Below are positions 62,789 through 64,000 of a DNA stretch of 64,000 nucleotides, in pieces. The translations under genes and the position numbers were made by a program. Every line of letters begins with the position of its first letter. Within the stretch, counting starts at the first letter, position 1. The stretch lies in contig OZ024754.1 in NCBI GenBank assembly GCA_964016885.1, forward strand, positions 35,836,001-35,900,000. Direction: 5' to 3'. Below the pieces are notes generated by a model. The model saw nothing but the letters and a program-made list of their open reading frames with translations, did not search any database and was not told the DNA's origin. Source of the DNA: Eledone cirrhosa. Lineage: Eukaryota.

Positions 62789-62793
<5 letters not shown>
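62586..62793. repeat. Perfect ~59-bp inverted repeat, ~90-bp spacer, abutting (TA)n
   Basis: 62586-62644 is the reverse complement of 62735-62793. Confidence 0.85.
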
Positions 62794-62869
<76 letters not shown>

Positions 62870-62923
62870 CGGATCTAGCTGTCGAAACGGCCGGAGCTCA
62901 GCCACCTGGGTCCTGACTCTTTT

Positions 62924-62962
<39 letters not shown>

Positions 62963-62966
<4 letters not shown>

Positions 62967-63187
62967 GAATAATCGAGTATCGGAAAATCAGCTCACGAGT
63001 TTACGATAAACAAATACGACATGAGTGGCAGAGGGCTCAATAATTCAGATAAATCAGAGCTATAACTATCGTTAAAATACCAACACACAAAGATTATGAC
63101 TAAAATCACCCATGCAGCCGAAAAATAACGACCAGGAAGATTCGGGTCACTCAGATAAAATATCAATAAATCAATAATTTATAAGAA

Positions 63188-63250
<63 letters not shown>

Positions 63251-63619
63251 TAGATGGGATATTTAATCTGTTGGAAATACAACAAATAAATATAAATGTT
63301 TATAACTGATTCAGAGCACTGGACAGATTTTCTGGAGTAAACATTCAATGATATTAAATAAATGGAAACTATATTTATATTAGAACATATATTAAAATAT
63401 GGTTTTATAAATATAGTTTCCATTTATTTAATATCATTGTATATATATATAATTGAGATAAGCGGAGCAAGCAAGATTCAAACAATTCTTTTAAATAAAA
63501 AAAAAATATATAATTTAAATATTTACCTATTCCAATTGCTTTTACCGTCGGTTTCACCTCACAAAAGATTGGAGATCCCTAGAGACTTCCAATTCGATCC
63601 TGTGCTAGCTGGCAGATGG

Positions 63620-63707
<88 letters not shown>

Positions 63708-63928
63708 GAATAATCGAGTATCGGAAAATCAGCTCACGAGTTTACGATAAACAAATACGACATGAGTGGCAGAGGGCTCAATAATTCAGATAAATCAGAG
63801 CTATAACTATCGTTAAAATACCAACACACAAAGATTATGACTAAAATCACCCATGCAGCCGAAAAATAACGACCAGGAAGATTCGGGTCACTCAGATAAA
63901 ATATCAATAAATCAATAATTTATAAGAA

Positions 63929-63983
<55 letters not shown>

Positions 63984-64000
63984 TAGATGGGATATTTAAT
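62963..64000. repeat. ~740-bp-period direct duplication of (TA)n-separated modules
   Basis: 62963-63190 recurs at 63704-63930, and the following agtagatgggatatttaat also recurs. Confidence 0.85.

Noticed and set aside
63093-63160. Minus-strand ttat-CTGAGTGA-ccc...gggt-GATT...GTC-ataa (also in the 63.8 kb duplicate)
   Set aside because: Both core strands deviate from CUGANGA and GAAA; not supportable.

Overview
Eukaryotic, extremely repeat-rich DNA. The giant (TA)n/(CA)n/(CCA)n microsatellites and the SINE types resemble an octopus/cephalopod genome (inference). Almost all ORFs in the track are simple-repeat artefacts. Real coding signal comes from: a frameshifted Penelope-like retroelement (RT + C-terminal GIY-YIG, Neptune-like; ~16.6-20.4 kb, minus strand) inside a ~7 kb (TA)nTGTGTATG array; RTE and L1/Tx1 LINE fragments; and one possible host terminal exon (~9.95 kb). 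The window also holds two tRNA-derived SINE families (~25 copies), hAT, Tc1/mariner and piggyBac-type MITEs, and many minisatellites, several derived from transposon pieces. The most notable hidden feature is about 12 complete type I hammerhead ribozyme motifs, plus recurrent half-hammerheads, mostly in short non-coding modules beside (TA)n tracts. These include a ~440 bp near-perfect palindrome carrying a hammerhead on each strand, and a filled/empty-site pair indicating insertion into (TA)n. All folds and alignments were done by eye, and boundaries are approximate.
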